From Alphaproteobacteria bacterium (lineage in GTDB: Bacteria > Pseudomonadota > Alphaproteobacteria > Rickettsiales > UBA3002): a stretch of 64,000 nucleotides of DNA. The DNA lies in assembly GCA_022841525.1 (NCBI GenBank), contig JALHRI010000001.1:65195-129194 (forward strand), read 5' to 3'. The notes under the pieces were generated by a model. It did no database searches. It saw only the letters and a list, made by a program, of their open reading frames with translations, and was not told where the DNA came from. The first letter of the stretch is position 1; each line of letters starts with the position of its first letter. Both the position numbers and the translations under genes were made by a program. This document shows, in pieces, positions 18,523-28,541 of this stretch.

Positions 18523-20388
18523 ATGCCCGCTACTGCGAAAAAAACAAAGCAACCACAACCAACCACCCGCACGTTTAACGCGGAGATTGCCAGCGTGCTG
18601 AATCTGATGATTCACGCGCTTTACACCAACCGCGATATTTTTCTGCGCGAGCTGATTTCCAACGCCTCGGATGCCTGCGACAAGCTGCGCTATCTGGCGT
18701 TAAGCGATGCGAAGCTGCTGGGTGATACGCCGGATTTGCAGATCGATATTGCATTTAATAAAGACGCAGGCACCATCACGATTGCCGATAGCGGCATCGG
18801 CATGAACGAAGACGATTTGGACGCGAATCTGGGCACCATTGCGCGTTCGGGTACGCGCGAGTTTCTTGAAAAATCGAAGCAAAGCGGCATGACTTCTGCC
18901 GAGCTGATCGGCCAGTTTGGTGTGGGGTTTTATTCGGCGTTCATGATCGCCAGTCGCGTGGAAGTGCGCACGCGCAAAGCGGGAGAAAACGAAGGCTGGC
19001 TATGGATTTCAGACGGTGCGGGGGAGTACAGTATCACCCCGTGTGACAAGCCCACGCGCGGTACGGAAATTACGCTGTTCGTGAAGGACGACGCGAAAGA
19101 ATATCTGGATAGTTATAAGCTGGAGTTCATTGCCAAAGCGTATTCTGACCATATTTCCTTCCCGATTTTTATCACCGATGCTGAAGGTACGCGCAAGCAG
19201 GTCAACGCCGCTAGCGCCATCTGGGCGCGGCCAAAAAGCGAGGTCACGCCCGAGCAAACTCAGGAGTTTTACCGCCACTGCGCGCACATGCCAGGCGAGC
19301 CATTTTTAACCCTGCACACTCACGCTGAAGGCACGCTGGAATATAGCAGCCTGCTGTTTGTGCCGAGCATGAAACCGATGGATTTATTCACGCCCGAGCG
19401 TCGTACGCGGGTGAAGCTCTATGTAAAACGTGTCTTTATCACCGAAGAAAGCGTCGAGGTGATTCCGCCGTACTTACGCTTCCTGCGCGGGGTGATTGAT
19501 TCGGCGGATTTGCCGCTCAACATCAGCCGTGAAACACTACAAAAAAATCCGCTGCTGGGAAAAATCCGCGATTCGATCACCAGCAAAGTGCTCTCAGAAC
19601 TCAAGAAAAAAGCGGAGGCTGAGCCGGAAGCCTACGCGAAATTCTGGGGCAATTTCGGTGCGGTGTTAAAAGAAGGCTTGTGCGAGGCGACCAGCCCCAA
19701 AGACAAAATTTTCGATGTCTGCCGCTTTTATTCCAGCACGTCTGACGGCAAGCTGGTGAGTCTGGCAGAGTATCAATCGCGGATGAAAGAAGGGCAGGAG
19801 GCGATTTATTTCCTCACCGGTGACAGCGCTCAGAGTTTGGCTAAAAACCCGCATCTGGAAGGCTTCCGCGCGAAAGGTATCGAGGTATTGCTACTTACTG
19901 ATCATGTCGATGATTTCTGGACAACGCTCAATCAGAACTACCAAGGCATTGCGTTCAAATCGGTGACGCGCAGTGGCGATGCGCTAAACGATGATGCAGC
20001 GGATAAGCAAGATAGCCAAGCGATGCAGCCGCTGCTGGATGCGATGAAAACCCTCTACGGCGATCAGGTGCGCGATGTGCGCATTACCAGTAAACTCACC
20101 GAAAGCCCCTGCTGCCTTGCGGTAGAGGAGGGCGACATGGACGCGCGGATGGAGCGCTTTTTGATCGATCATCAGCAATTATCTGCGCGGCGCGCGAAAA
20201 TTTTAGAGATTAATCCGCGCCATCCGGTGTTTCAGGCGTGCGCGGCGAAGGTAACATTCGGCGCGCTGGATGATGAAACGTCCGAAATTTTATGGCTCAT
20301 GCTTGATCAGGCGCGCTTGCTCGAGGGCGAGCCGCTACCGGACATGCAGGCCTTTTTGTCGCGTCTTAACAAGCGCCTTGTGGTGTAA
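18523..20388 (+). CDS. htpG: Molecular chaperone HtpG (Hsp90)
   Basis: 621 aa; N-terminal ELISNASDACDKLRY and GQFGVGFYS motifs. Confidence 0.95.
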   Translation: MPATAKKTKQPQPTTRTFNAEIASVLNLMIHALYTNRDIFLRELISNASDACDKLRYLALSDAKLLGDTPDLQIDIAFNKDAGTITIADSGIGMNEDDLDANLGTIARSGTREFLEKSKQSGMTSAELIGQFGVGFYSAFMIASRVEVRTRKAGENEGWLWISDGAGEYSITPCDKPTRGTEITLFVKDDAKEYLDSYKLEFIAKAYSDHISFPIFITDAEGTRKQVNAASAIWARPKSEVTPEQTQEFYRHCAHMPGEPFLTLHTHAEGTLEYSSLLFVPSMKPMDLFTPERRTRVKLYVKRVFITEESVEVIPPYLRFLRGVIDSADLPLNISRETLQKNPLLGKIRDSITSKVLSELKKKAEAEPEAYAKFWGNFGAVLKEGLCEATSPKDKIFDVCRFYSSTSDGKLVSLAEYQSRMKEGQEAIYFLTGDSAQSLAKNPHLEGFRAKGIEVLLLTDHVDDFWTTLNQNYQGIAFKSVTRSGDALNDDAADKQDSQAMQPLLDAMKTLYGDQVRDVRITSKLTESPCCLAVEEGDMDARMERFLIDHQQLSARRAKILEINPRHPVFQACAAKVTFGALDDETSEILWLMLDQARLLEGEPLPDMQAFLSRLNKRLVV

Positions 20389-20427
20389 GGTGGTTGCATC
20401 ATGCGCGGTTGCTGCTAGAGAGCCTGC

Positions 20428-21156
20428 ATGAGCAGGCTTCGCCTAGGTGTGAATATCGATCATGTGGCTACACTGCGCAATGCGCGTGGTGGTGCGCATC
20501 CGTGTCCGGTTCAGGCTGCGCAGATGGCCGAGCGCGCAGGCGCTGACGGCATCACGCTGCATCTGCGCGAAGATCGCCGCCATATTCGTGATGAAGATGT
20601 GCTGGCGATTAAGCGCGCCATTTCCATTCCCATGAATTTTGAAATGGCCGCCACCCCCGCGATGCAGGCATTCGCCTTAAAACTCAAACCGCATGCCGTC
20701 TGTATCGTGCCTGAGCGCCGTGAAGAACGCACCACCGAAGGCGGCCTGGAGGTGGTAGCAGCCAAAGATTATCTTGCGGCGTTTATCGCGCCGCTTACGC
20801 AAGCAGGCATCCGCGTATCGTTATTTGTCGCGGCGGATACGGCACAGATCCATGCCGCAAAAGCCGTGGGCGCACCGGTCATTGAGCTACATACCGGCCA
20901 CTACGCAGAATGCACGGGCGAGAAACAAGCGCACGCGCTGGAGGCGCTGGCGCAGGCTGCCAGCCTTGCGCATAGCCTGGGGCTGGAAGTACATGCCGGT
21001 CACGGACTGAGCTATGATAACACCCCGCCAGTAGCGGCAATTCCTGAAGTTACGGAGCTGAATATCGGCCATTTCCTGATCGGCCAAGCCGTGTTTGACG
21101 GGCTGAGCAAGGTGATCGAGCGTATGCGCGGCATCATGGATGAGGCGCGCGCATGA
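20428..21156 (+). CDS. pdxJ: Pyridoxine 5'-phosphate synthase
   Basis: [17 protein letters not shown]-terminal signature; 242 aa. Confidence 0.93.
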   Translation: MSRLRLGVNIDHVATLRNARGGAHPCPVQAAQMAERAGADGITLHLREDRRHIRDEDVLAIKRAISIPMNFEMAATPAMQAFALKLKPHAVCIVPERREERTTEGGLEVVAAKDYLAAFIAPLTQAGIRVSLFVAADTAQIHAAKAVGAPVIELHTGHYAECTGEKQAHALEALAQAASLAHSLGLEVHAGHGLSYDNTPPVAAIPEVTELNIGHFLIGQAVFDGLSKVIERMRGIMDEARA

Positions 21157-21569
21157 TTGTGGGCACCGGATTTGACACGGTCGATATTCGCCGCATCGAA
21201 GTCTCGCTGAAGCGTTTTGGTGCGCGCTTTGAGCAGCGTGTATTTACGCAAGGTGAAATTGCCAAAGCACACCGCCGCGTAGAAGGCGGCAAACACAGTC
21301 CGCGTGCGGCAACCTTTGCGAAGCGTTTTGCCGCCAAAGAGGCCTGTGCCAAAGCGCTGGGCACCGGCATTTCTTTTGGTGTCTCGTGGAAGGAAATTGA
21401 GGTGGTGAATGCGCCTAGCGGCAAGCCGAACATCGTGCTGCATGGCCGCGCGGCTGACTTATCGGCGTTGCTTTGCCCTGCCGGATACCGCCCGCAGATA
21501 CATGTGAGTCTAAGCGATGATTATCCGTACGCCTACGCGCAGGTGATCATCGAAGCGGTAAAAATTTAA
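21153..21569 (+). CDS. acpS: Holo-[acyl-carrier-protein] synthase
   Basis: 138 aa; [12 protein letters not shown] and FAAKEA motifs. ATGA overlap with the pdxJ stop. Confidence 0.9.
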   Translation: MIVGTGFDTVDIRRIEVSLKRFGARFEQRVFTQGEIAKAHRRVEGGKHSPRAATFAKRFAAKEACAKALGTGISFGVSWKEIEVVNAPSGKPNIVLHGRAADLSALLCPAGYRPQIHVSLSDDYPYAYAQVIIEAVKI

Positions 21570-22270
21570 TCGCAATATTCGCCGTAGATACGACCTTGCG
21601 GGATACAGAAGAAGCGCGCGCTGCGTGGCAGCCATTTCGGGCGGTCGCCTTTCACGTCGCCCACATAGGCGATCACACGCGCATTCGGATAGCCCTGCGC
21701 ACGCAGCAGCGAAGGAATCACCGCAAAGCGCGCGTCTTTTTCTTTGCTGCCGTAGGGCAATGCATGGGTAAGAATATCTTTGAAGTCGCGTCCGCGCACG
21801 ATGCCAAGCGCTGCCAGATTCTCTTCCGTTGCCAGTTGTTCGCTATTTTTACGGTTGGTCACGAACACCACCGATCCTCCCAGAGCATTGACCCGCGCAA
21901 TAAAGTCCTTTGCACCTGCAATCAGCGTCGCTTGTTTCGCCTGCGTCCAGTGGTGCCAGTCGTGATCGTTGTGGGTGCGGCCAACACGGTCCATCTCGGC
22001 GTGATAGGTGATGTTGTTCAGTACGGTCTGATCCAGATCCATCGCTACCGCCCAGCGATTTCTACCATAGAATTTCGATAGTTTTTCGATATAGGCACCC
22101 GCCCCAACATACGCGATGCGCGTGCGCGCATCATGCAGATCGCTGCTTAAGACGGCCTGAGTCTCGGGGCGAAGCGGGTGGCTGTGATCTCCCTCAGCCT
22201 GCCAGTGTGATGGCCCGCAAGCACTCAGCAGGGCGAGGGCAAATCCTGCAAGGATCATCTGGAAACGCAT
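21566..22270 (-). CDS. HAD-superfamily acid phosphatase lipoprotein (class C / e(P4)-like)
   Basis: Lipobox LLSAC, then [13 protein letters not shown] and [11 protein letters not shown] motifs. Confidence 0.75.
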   Translation of the reverse strand: MRFQMILAGFALALLSACGPSHWQAEGDHSHPLRPETQAVLSSDLHDARTRIAYVGAGAYIEKLSKFYGRNRWAVAMDLDQTVLNNITYHAEMDRVGRTHNDHDWHHWTQAKQATLIAGAKDFIARVNALGGSVVFVTNRKNSEQLATEENLAALGIVRGRDFKDILTHALPYGSKEKDARFAVIPSLLRAQGYPNARVIAYVGDVKGDRPKWLPRSARFFCIPQGRIYGEYCD

Positions 22271-22410
22271 GGCACAACTCCGGGCATGTTTGATGGAACG
22301 AATGCGGGCAAATTAGCCATGAACAGGATGCGCCCGCAAGCCGATTCTTGACTTGCACACAGCGAAACCCATCGCTAACAAGGTGCGCGGACATATTAGT
22401 GAAGGTTGTT

Positions 22411-22884
22411 ATGGAAAAAATACCAATGACAGCGCTTGGACTTGAGCGCTTGGAGAAAGAACTTAAAACGCTGAAAACGACGGATCGTCCGAATATTATC
22501 GCGGCGATTGCCGAAGCGCGTGCGCACGGCGATTTATCGGAAAACGCGGAATATTCCGCCGCCAAAGAAAAACAGAGTTTCATTGAAGGCCGCATTCAGG
22601 AACTAGAGGCCGTAATCAGCCGTGCAGAGGTGATTGATATCGGAAGTCTCACCCACGAGCATGTAAGTTTCGGCGCCCGCGTGACGGTGGTCGATGAAGA
22701 ATCGGAAGAGGAAATTACCTACCAGATCGTGGGCGATTACGAGGCCGATATTACGCGCGGTTTAGTGTCCACCAGCGCGCCGATTGCCCGTGCGCTGATA
22801 GGCAAGAAAAAAGGACACTCGGTCGAAGTTCTCACGCCTAAGGGTGAGCGTTTTTACGAAATCCTCCACGTTGAATATAAGTAG
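22411..22884 (+). CDS. greA: Transcription elongation factor GreA
   Basis: MEKIPMT..GLERLEKELKTLK N-terminal coiled coil and C-terminal FKBP-like domain. ATG 22411 after gaagg. Confidence 0.92.
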   Translation: MEKIPMTALGLERLEKELKTLKTTDRPNIIAAIAEARAHGDLSENAEYSAAKEKQSFIEGRIQELEAVISRAEVIDIGSLTHEHVSFGARVTVVDEESEEEITYQIVGDYEADITRGLVSTSAPIARALIGKKKGHSVEVLTPKGERFYEILHVEYK

Positions 22885-22886
22885 TC

Positions 22887-23909
22887 ATGGCCGGGGCGGG
22901 CAGAAGCACGTTAGGTCTTGCCCCCACCGTGTGGGGACTGGTGGATGATCGCGCTGGCCATAGCACCCAAACGAAGGGCTTGCTGGCGCGCCTGGGGCTG
23001 CCAAGTGAAATCAAGCCGCTGAGCTACAATGGCTTCGCGGCGCTGCCGAACCTGTTTAACCGTTCGGGAACGGCGCATTTAACCGCCAGCTCGCGCGCGC
23101 TGCTCAAAGCCCCCTATCCGCGGATGGTGATCGCGTGCGGCAGGCGTATGGCACCTATTTTGCGCGCGATCAAGCGCCGCAGCCCGAATACGATTACGGT
23201 CTATCTGATGTGGCCGGATTCGCTCTACGGGATTGATCTGGCCGTGGTACCCGCCCACGATAACCCCCCGCAAGCAGCCAACGTGCTGGTCACACACGCG
23301 CCGCTAACGGCGATTACGCCCGAAGGCTTAGCCGCCGCTGAGCGCACCATGATCTCCCGTTTTGCGCACCTGCCCAGACCGTGGATTGGCGTGAGTATCG
23401 GTGGATCCGTTCGCGGGATGGTGTTTTCTAAAGATGACTGGCGTCGCATGATTACGCATGCCCGCGCGCTGGCACCTCAGGGATCGCTGCTGATCACCAC
23501 CAGTCGGCGCACCCCGATGGAAATCGAGCAAATGCTCGAAGAAGAACTTAGCGGCGCCTGCTATTTCCACCGGTACAGCGCGGGCGGCTATAATCCGTAT
23601 ATGAGTTTTCTTGCCTGTTCGGATGCGATGTGCGTTTCCGGTGATTCGATGTCGATGTGCGCGGAAGCCACTGTGACCGGCAAGCCGGTATTTATCTTCA
23701 CCCCAGAGCATGCGCACAGCAAAAAACATATGGCGCAGCACGAGCATTTGTTTGAAAAAAACCTCGCCCGACCGCTGGATGAAAAAGCCCGTATTTCCTG
23801 GCGACCTGACCAGCATGTCAGCGATATTTACCGCGTGGTACGCGCGGTGCGCAGGCGTTTCCCGCAGGTATTCGAGGGGCTGATCGCGCCCGTCGTCGAG
23901 CCGGCATAA
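22887..23909 (+). CDS. ELM1 / DUF1022 (mitochondrial-fission ELM1) family protein
   Basis: Motifs recalled for this family: DLAVVPAHD, FAHLPRP, IGGS, TTSRRTP, NPY, DSMSM..EA..TGKPV. 340 aa. Confidence 0.65.
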   Translation: MAGAGRSTLGLAPTVWGLVDDRAGHSTQTKGLLARLGLPSEIKPLSYNGFAALPNLFNRSGTAHLTASSRALLKAPYPRMVIACGRRMAPILRAIKRRSPNTITVYLMWPDSLYGIDLAVVPAHDNPPQAANVLVTHAPLTAITPEGLAAAERTMISRFAHLPRPWIGVSIGGSVRGMVFSKDDWRRMITHARALAPQGSLLITTSRRTPMEIEQMLEEELSGACYFHRYSAGGYNPYMSFLACSDAMCVSGDSMSMCAEATVTGKPVFIFTPEHAHSKKHMAQHEHLFEKNLARPLDEKARISWRPDQHVSDIYRVVRAVRRRFPQVFEGLIAPVVEPA

Positions 23910-23911
23910 CC

Positions 23912-24379
23912 ATGCGTCAGCTGTTACTATGTGTCGGCAAACTGGGCGGCGGTGCGTATGGCGAGTTATTTCAGCATTACATCAAGCAGATTCGCGGCAC
24001 GCTGGAAGTCATCGAAATTAGCGACGCGCCACCCAGCTCAAGTGCCGCCGCCCGTAAAGCGAAAGAGGCGGAGGCGCTGCTTGCGAAATTACCGCCGCAA
24101 TCCTACCTCATCGCGCTGGATGCACGGGGCAAGCATTTTACCAGCGAAGCGTTTTCAGACCTGCTCGCTGAGCAGGCGGTGCGGGGTACGAAACAGCTCA
24201 CCTATATGATTGGTGGGCAGGACGGGCTGGATGAAACCATCATCAAGCGTGCGCAGTGCACGCTGGCGCTGGGCAGTATGATCTGGCCGCACAAGCTCGC
24301 CCGCGTGATGTTGGCCGAGCAGATCTTCCGTGCACAGTGCATTCGCTCAGGTCATCCCTATCACGCAGGGCATGCGTAA
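23912..24379 (+). CDS. rlmH: 23S rRNA (pseudouridine1915-N3)-methyltransferase RlmH
   Basis: 155 aa SPOUT fold; IGGQDGL and C-terminal EQIFRAQCIRSGHPYH. Confidence 0.88.
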   Translation: MRQLLLCVGKLGGGAYGELFQHYIKQIRGTLEVIEISDAPPSSSAAARKAKEAEALLAKLPPQSYLIALDARGKHFTSEAFSDLLAEQAVRGTKQLTYMIGGQDGLDETIIKRAQCTLALGSMIWPHKLARVMLAEQIFRAQCIRSGHPYHAGHA

Positions 24380-24384
24380 ATTAT

Positions 24385-24461
24385 GTCACTCTGAGCAAAG
24401 CGAAGAGTCTCATCGATGAACGTACAGGTACGAGATTCTTCGGCTTACGCCTCAGAATGAC
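24385..24461. repeat. Palindromic intergenic element, sub-family A
   Basis: gtcactctgagcaaagcgaagagtct .. agattcttcggcttacgcctcagaatgac. Confidence 0.85.
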
Positions 24462-24604
24462 ATCACCATTAACGTACGGATAACTCTTTGAATATCCACA
24501 TACTGCTTTTTTTGTTTGCTTAAGAGCGGGGCTGTGCTAGTTCGGCTGCCTCGAACGAGAATGCAGGGAATCCTGCAACGATTAACTAACCCATGGGGAA
24601 AAGC

Positions 24605-24841
24605 ATGAGCGATATTGCAGCACGCGTAAAAAAGATTGTGATTGAACATCTGGGCGCAGAAGAAGCCAAAGTAGTGGCTGAAGCCAATTTCATCGACGAT
24701 CTGGGCGCGGACAGCCTGGATACCGTAGAACTCGTGATGGCGTTTGAAGAAGAGTTCGGCGTGGAAATCCCGGATGATGCAGCGGAAAAAATCCAAACCG
24801 TGCAAGATGCGATTTCTTTCATCGAAAAGCATAGCAACTAA
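24605..24841 (+). CDS. acpP: Acyl carrier protein
   Basis: 78 aa with the [13 protein letters not shown] phosphopantetheine site. Confidence 0.95.
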   Translation: MSDIAARVKKIVIEHLGAEEAKVVAEANFIDDLGADSLDTVELVMAFEEEFGVEIPDDAAEKIQTVQDAISFIEKHSN

Positions 24842-24860
24842 GTAATAGCGTCAGCACGCC

Positions 24861-26114
24861 ATGCGTCGCGTTGTAGTTACTGGTCTTGGTCTGGTTACCC
24901 CGCTAGGGGTGGGTGTTCCCCATGTGTGGAACCGCCTGCTTGCAGGCCATTCTGGTATTCGCGCCATTACGCATATTGATGTGTCGGATATTCCGGCGCG
25001 TGTTGCAGGCGTCGTACCGCGCGGTGAGGCTGCGGGCGAGTTTAATCCTGACCGCTACATCGAGCCGAAAGAGCAGAAAAAAATGGATAGTTTTATCCAT
25101 TTCGGCATCGCTGCGGCGGATGAGGCTCTCGCCGATTCCGGCTGGAAACCGGCCAATGAAGAACAAGCCTGCCGCACCGGCGTCATGATTGGTTCTGGCA
25201 TTGGCGGCTTACCCGCGATTGAAGAAAACGTGGCGATTTTGGCTGAAAAAGGCCCGCGCCGTATTTCGCCGTTCTTTATTCCGGCGTGCCTGATCAATCT
25301 GGTATCGGGTCAGGTGTCGATTAAACATGGGCTCAAAGGCCCCAACCATGCGGTGGTAACAGCCTGTTCTACCGGCGCGCATGCCATTGGCGATGCGGCG
25401 CGGATGGTTGCCTTTGGTGATGCGGATGTGATGGTCGCCGGTTCCGCCGAAGCCACGATTTGCCGCCTTGGCATGGCCGGATTTGCCGCTGCGCGAGCAC
25501 TTTCCACCAGCTATAACGATACGCCGGAGGCAGCCTCGCGCCCATGGGATGAGGGGCGCGATGGCTTCGTTATGGGCGAGGGTGCCGGCGTCGTGATTTT
25601 AGAAGAATACGAGCACGCCAAACGTCGTGGTGCCAAAATTTACGCCGAATGGGCGGGATACGGCATGTCGGGCGATGCGTACCACATCACCAGCCCATCG
25701 GAAGATGGCGATGGTGGCTTCCGTTCGATGAAAATGGCGCTCGAGCGCGCGAAGATGAACCCTGCCGACATTGGCTACATTAACGCGCACGGCACCTCGA
25801 CGCCCAAGGGCGATGAAATCGAGGCTGGCGCGGTTCGTAGGCTGTTTGATGGTGTACCGGTATCGATGTCTTCTACCAAATCGGCGATTGGCCATTTGCT
25901 GGGCGGCGCAGGTTCCGTGGAAGCGATTTTCTCGATTCTAGCGGTGAAACACGGCCAGCTGCCGCCGACGCTGAATCTCAATAACCCCGCCGAATCGGTG
26001 CGCGGGATGGATCTGGTGCCCTTGCAGGCGAAAGACAAGAAAATCACTGCTGCACTGTCGAATTCCTTCGGTTTTGGCGGCACCAACGCCTCCTTGATCT
26101 TCAAGGCTGTGTAA
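24861..26114 (+). CDS. fabF: 3-oxoacyl-ACP synthase II
   Basis: 417 aa; active-site Cys context VVTACSTGAH; HGTSTP and GHLLGGAG motifs. Confidence 0.94.
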   Translation: MRRVVVTGLGLVTPLGVGVPHVWNRLLAGHSGIRAITHIDVSDIPARVAGVVPRGEAAGEFNPDRYIEPKEQKKMDSFIHFGIAAADEALADSGWKPANEEQACRTGVMIGSGIGGLPAIEENVAILAEKGPRRISPFFIPACLINLVSGQVSIKHGLKGPNHAVVTACSTGAHAIGDAARMVAFGDADVMVAGSAEATICRLGMAGFAAARALSTSYNDTPEAASRPWDEGRDGFVMGEGAGVVILEEYEHAKRRGAKIYAEWAGYGMSGDAYHITSPSEDGDGGFRSMKMALERAKMNPADIGYINAHGTSTPKGDEIEAGAVRRLFDGVPVSMSSTKSAIGHLLGGAGSVEAIFSILAVKHGQLPPTLNLNNPAESVRGMDLVPLQAKDKKITAALSNSFGFGGTNASLIFKAV

Positions 26115-26145
26115 GCTGCTTCCATAGTTATTTACTACTTTTTTT

Positions 26146-26212
26146 GTCATTCCTACGAAATCGGGAATCTAGGCAAATCAGCGGCATAGATCCCCGATTT
26201 CGTAGGGATGAC
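26146..26212. repeat. Palindromic intergenic element, sub-family C (gtcattcctacgaaatcgggaatc .. gatccccgatttcgtagggatgac)
   Basis: Near-perfect inverted arms about 24 bp long. Confidence 0.85.
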
Positions 26213-26339
26213 AATAAACGTCGCGCTACCATTATGCTAAGGGCGTGATAGTGAATAGCTCGATTGTCACACAATCTTCATAATTCTTTTTAAGGAATTA
26301 TTAACCATTTATGGTATAAAGTGAGATATTGGAGAAGAA

Positions 26340-26786
26340 ATGACTGCAGCTATTGCATCATCAGCAAATATGTTCGCCGCTATTTTAGCGGCCAATAACT
26401 TTGAGCGACCTGCATCCTTATCTCCATCAGGTAATGAAGTAACCCAAGAACCAGAAGCCGCCCCGCGTTTAGCAGGACACAATGCGCCGAGTAACGAATT
26501 ATCCAAACCTGCCGAGCCAGCGACCGCGCCTGCAACGAATCTTTTTGAAGACACACTGGCAGTGATTGCCGGTGGTGCCTCTGAGGCAAACGATATTCGC
26601 GAGGCGGGTGAGAAATTTACGCCAGAACATTCACCGACCAAGGGCTTTGATAATTTTATTAACGGCTTGGTATTTGGTGCACTTGGCAAACAAGGCGAAG
26701 AATGCAGCCTTGAAAATCTCGGCGCTATGACAAACAACGCGCAATCGTGCAAAGCACCTAGCCCGGCTGCTGGCCGCATGGCGTAG
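26340..26786 (+). CDS. Hypothetical protein (low-complexity orphan)
   Basis: 148-aa ORF with ggaga RBS 6 nt before the ATG. More A/T-ending codons than neighbours. A 187-aa antisense ORF is also open, so coding status is uncertain. Confidence 0.35.
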   Translation: MTAAIASSANMFAAILAANNFERPASLSPSGNEVTQEPEAAPRLAGHNAPSNELSKPAEPATAPATNLFEDTLAVIAGGASEANDIREAGEKFTPEHSPTKGFDNFINGLVFGALGKQGEECSLENLGAMTNNAQSCKAPSPAAGRMA

Positions 26787-26827
26787 CACTTAGGCGTTCT
26801 TAAGACCAAGAAATCATGAAAGATAGT

Positions 26828-26936
26828 GTCACCCGCGAGGCCTTCAGGCCGAAGCAATCCATTGGACATCACCGCTTGCCCACACTTTTTGTTCTGCCTA
26901 TGGACTGCTTCGAAAACGGTGTTTTCTCGCAGTGAC
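26828..26936. repeat. Palindromic intergenic element, sub-family B
   Basis: gtcacccgcgaggccttcaggccgaagcaatccattggaca .. ggactgcttcg..ctcgcagtgac. Shares a 35-bp identical block with 26957-26991. Confidence 0.8.
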
Positions 26937-26950
26937 GAGTAAGAGCCACC

Positions 26951-27115
26951 GTCATTGCGAGGCCTTCAGGCCGAAGCAATCCATTGGACATTTGCTAAAT
27001 TCTGTCATTCTGAGGCTTAAGCCGAAGAATCTCGTGAGTCATGGAAGGAGACCCTTCATTTCACTAAGGGTGACATCTGCTGGACTGCTTTGTCGCTAAC
27101 GCTTCGCGCAGTGAC
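26951..27115. repeat. Sub-family B element with a sub-family A element (27004-27074) nested in its loop
   Basis: B left arm at 26951-26991 and B right arm at 27076-27115. In between, gtcattctgag..cgaagaatctc .. agggtgac is an inverted A-type copy. Confidence 0.75.
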
Positions 27116-27126
27116 GACGGTGGATG

Positions 27127-28476
27127 CTAACTCTTCTTGCGAAATGCTTTCGCCCAGTCAGGCTTTTCGCTTTGATGGCTGCGGGCGAGGGCGAGGGCAT
27201 CGGCGCTGACATCCTGCGTAATCACCGAGCCCGCCGCGATTATCGCGCCATCACCAATGTTCACCGGTGCGACCAATGCGGTGTTTGACCCGATAAATGC
27301 GCTCGCGCCGATGATGGTGCGGTATTTGTTCACACCGTCATAGTTGCACGTAATGGTGCCCGCGCCGATATTGGCATATTTACCTACCGTCGCATCCCCA
27401 ACATAGCTGAGGTGATTCAGCTTCGCGCCCTCAGCAATCTCAGCGTTTTTGACTTCCACAAAATTGCCGATTTTTACGCCGTCAGCCAGCGTCGAATGCG
27501 GACGAATGCGCGCAAACGGCCCCACTACGCAGTGCTTACCGAGGCGGCAATCTTCCAGATAGGAAAACGCACGGATGGTGCTGCCACTACCGATGCTGAC
27601 GCCCGCGTAAAACACGACATTCGGCTCGATGATCACGTCTGCTGCGATGGTGGTATCGTGCGCGAAAAACACGCTATCTGGATCATGTAGCGTGACGCCG
27701 TTTTCCAGCATGGATTTGCGCATGCGGAACTGAAAAATCGCCTCGGCCTGCGCCAGTTCTGCACGGCTATTGACGCCCAGCACTTCTTCTTCCTCGCCCA
27801 TGACAACCCGGCAATGCATGCCCTGATCGTTCATTAGACCAATCGCGTCGGTGAGGTAGTATTCTTTTTTGGCATTGGTATTTTTAATATCCGCCAGCAC
27901 GCTCCAGGCAAGCGACCCACGTAGCGCCATGATCCCTGAATTACACAGGGTGATGGCAAGCTCATCCTCGCTCGCATCGCGCGCTTCGATAATACGCTCG
28001 AGATGCGCCTCTGTATCCAGTTTCAGGCGGCCATAGGCAGCCGGATCGTCGGCATCAAAGCCCAGCACCACCGCGCCGATGCGCACGTCGGCATCCAGCG
28101 TGCGGCGCAGTTTGCTGATCGTACCTGCGCTAAGTAGCGGCGTATCGCCGTAAAGTACCATCAAATGTCCCTTGAAGTCTTTCAGCGCGCTTTCTGCCAT
28201 GCGTACGGCGTGGCCGGTGCCAAGCTGTTCGTGCTGGTGCGCAACGATGGCACCATGCGCTTTGGCGAGTGCGGCGACATCGTCCATCTCCGGTGCGGCC
28301 ACGACGACGATGGGCGATAACCCCGCTTCCTTCGCCGATTTGAGCACATGCCCCAGCATAGGCAAATGGGCAATTTCATGCATCACCTTCGGCAGGCGCG
28401 ACCTCATACGCGTGCCTTTGCCGGCGGCCAGAATAATCGCTGCGGTGGGGGATGCGGTGGTGGAAGGCTTGCTCAC
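27127..28476 (-). CDS. glmU: Bifunctional UDP-N-acetylglucosamine pyrophosphorylase / GlcN-1-P acetyltransferase
   Basis: LAAGKGTRM motif and C-terminal hexapeptide repeats. GTG 28476 is preceded by GGAG with a 6-nt spacer. The ORF-track start at 28503 is a TTG. Confidence 0.93.
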   Translation of the reverse strand: MSKPSTTASPTAAIILAAGKGTRMRSRLPKVMHEIAHLPMLGHVLKSAKEAGLSPIVVVAAPEMDDVAALAKAHGAIVAHQHEQLGTGHAVRMAESALKDFKGHLMVLYGDTPLLSAGTISKLRRTLDADVRIGAVVLGFDADDPAAYGRLKLDTEAHLERIIEARDASEDELAITLCNSGIMALRGSLAWSVLADIKNTNAKKEYYLTDAIGLMNDQGMHCRVVMGEEEEVLGVNSRAELAQAEAIFQFRMRKSMLENGVTLHDPDSVFFAHDTTIAADVIIEPNVVFYAGVSIGSGSTIRAFSYLEDCRLGKHCVVGPFARIRPHSTLADGVKIGNFVEVKNAEIAEGAKLNHLSYVGDATVGKYANIGAGTITCNYDGVNKYRTIIGASAFIGSNTALVAPVNIGDGAIIAAGSVITQDVSADALALARSHQSEKPDWAKAFRKKS

Positions 28477-28541
28477 AAAAAACTCCGTGGAAAATTGCCG
28501 CAACGATGATACGAATACGTACGAAGGTCAAGGAGGCAGCG

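Noticed and set aside
26828-27115. Clustered direct repeats that might be a small CRISPR array
   Set aside because: Only two to three units, themselves long palindromic elements found dispersed elsewhere. There is no regular repeat-spacer periodicity and no cas genes.
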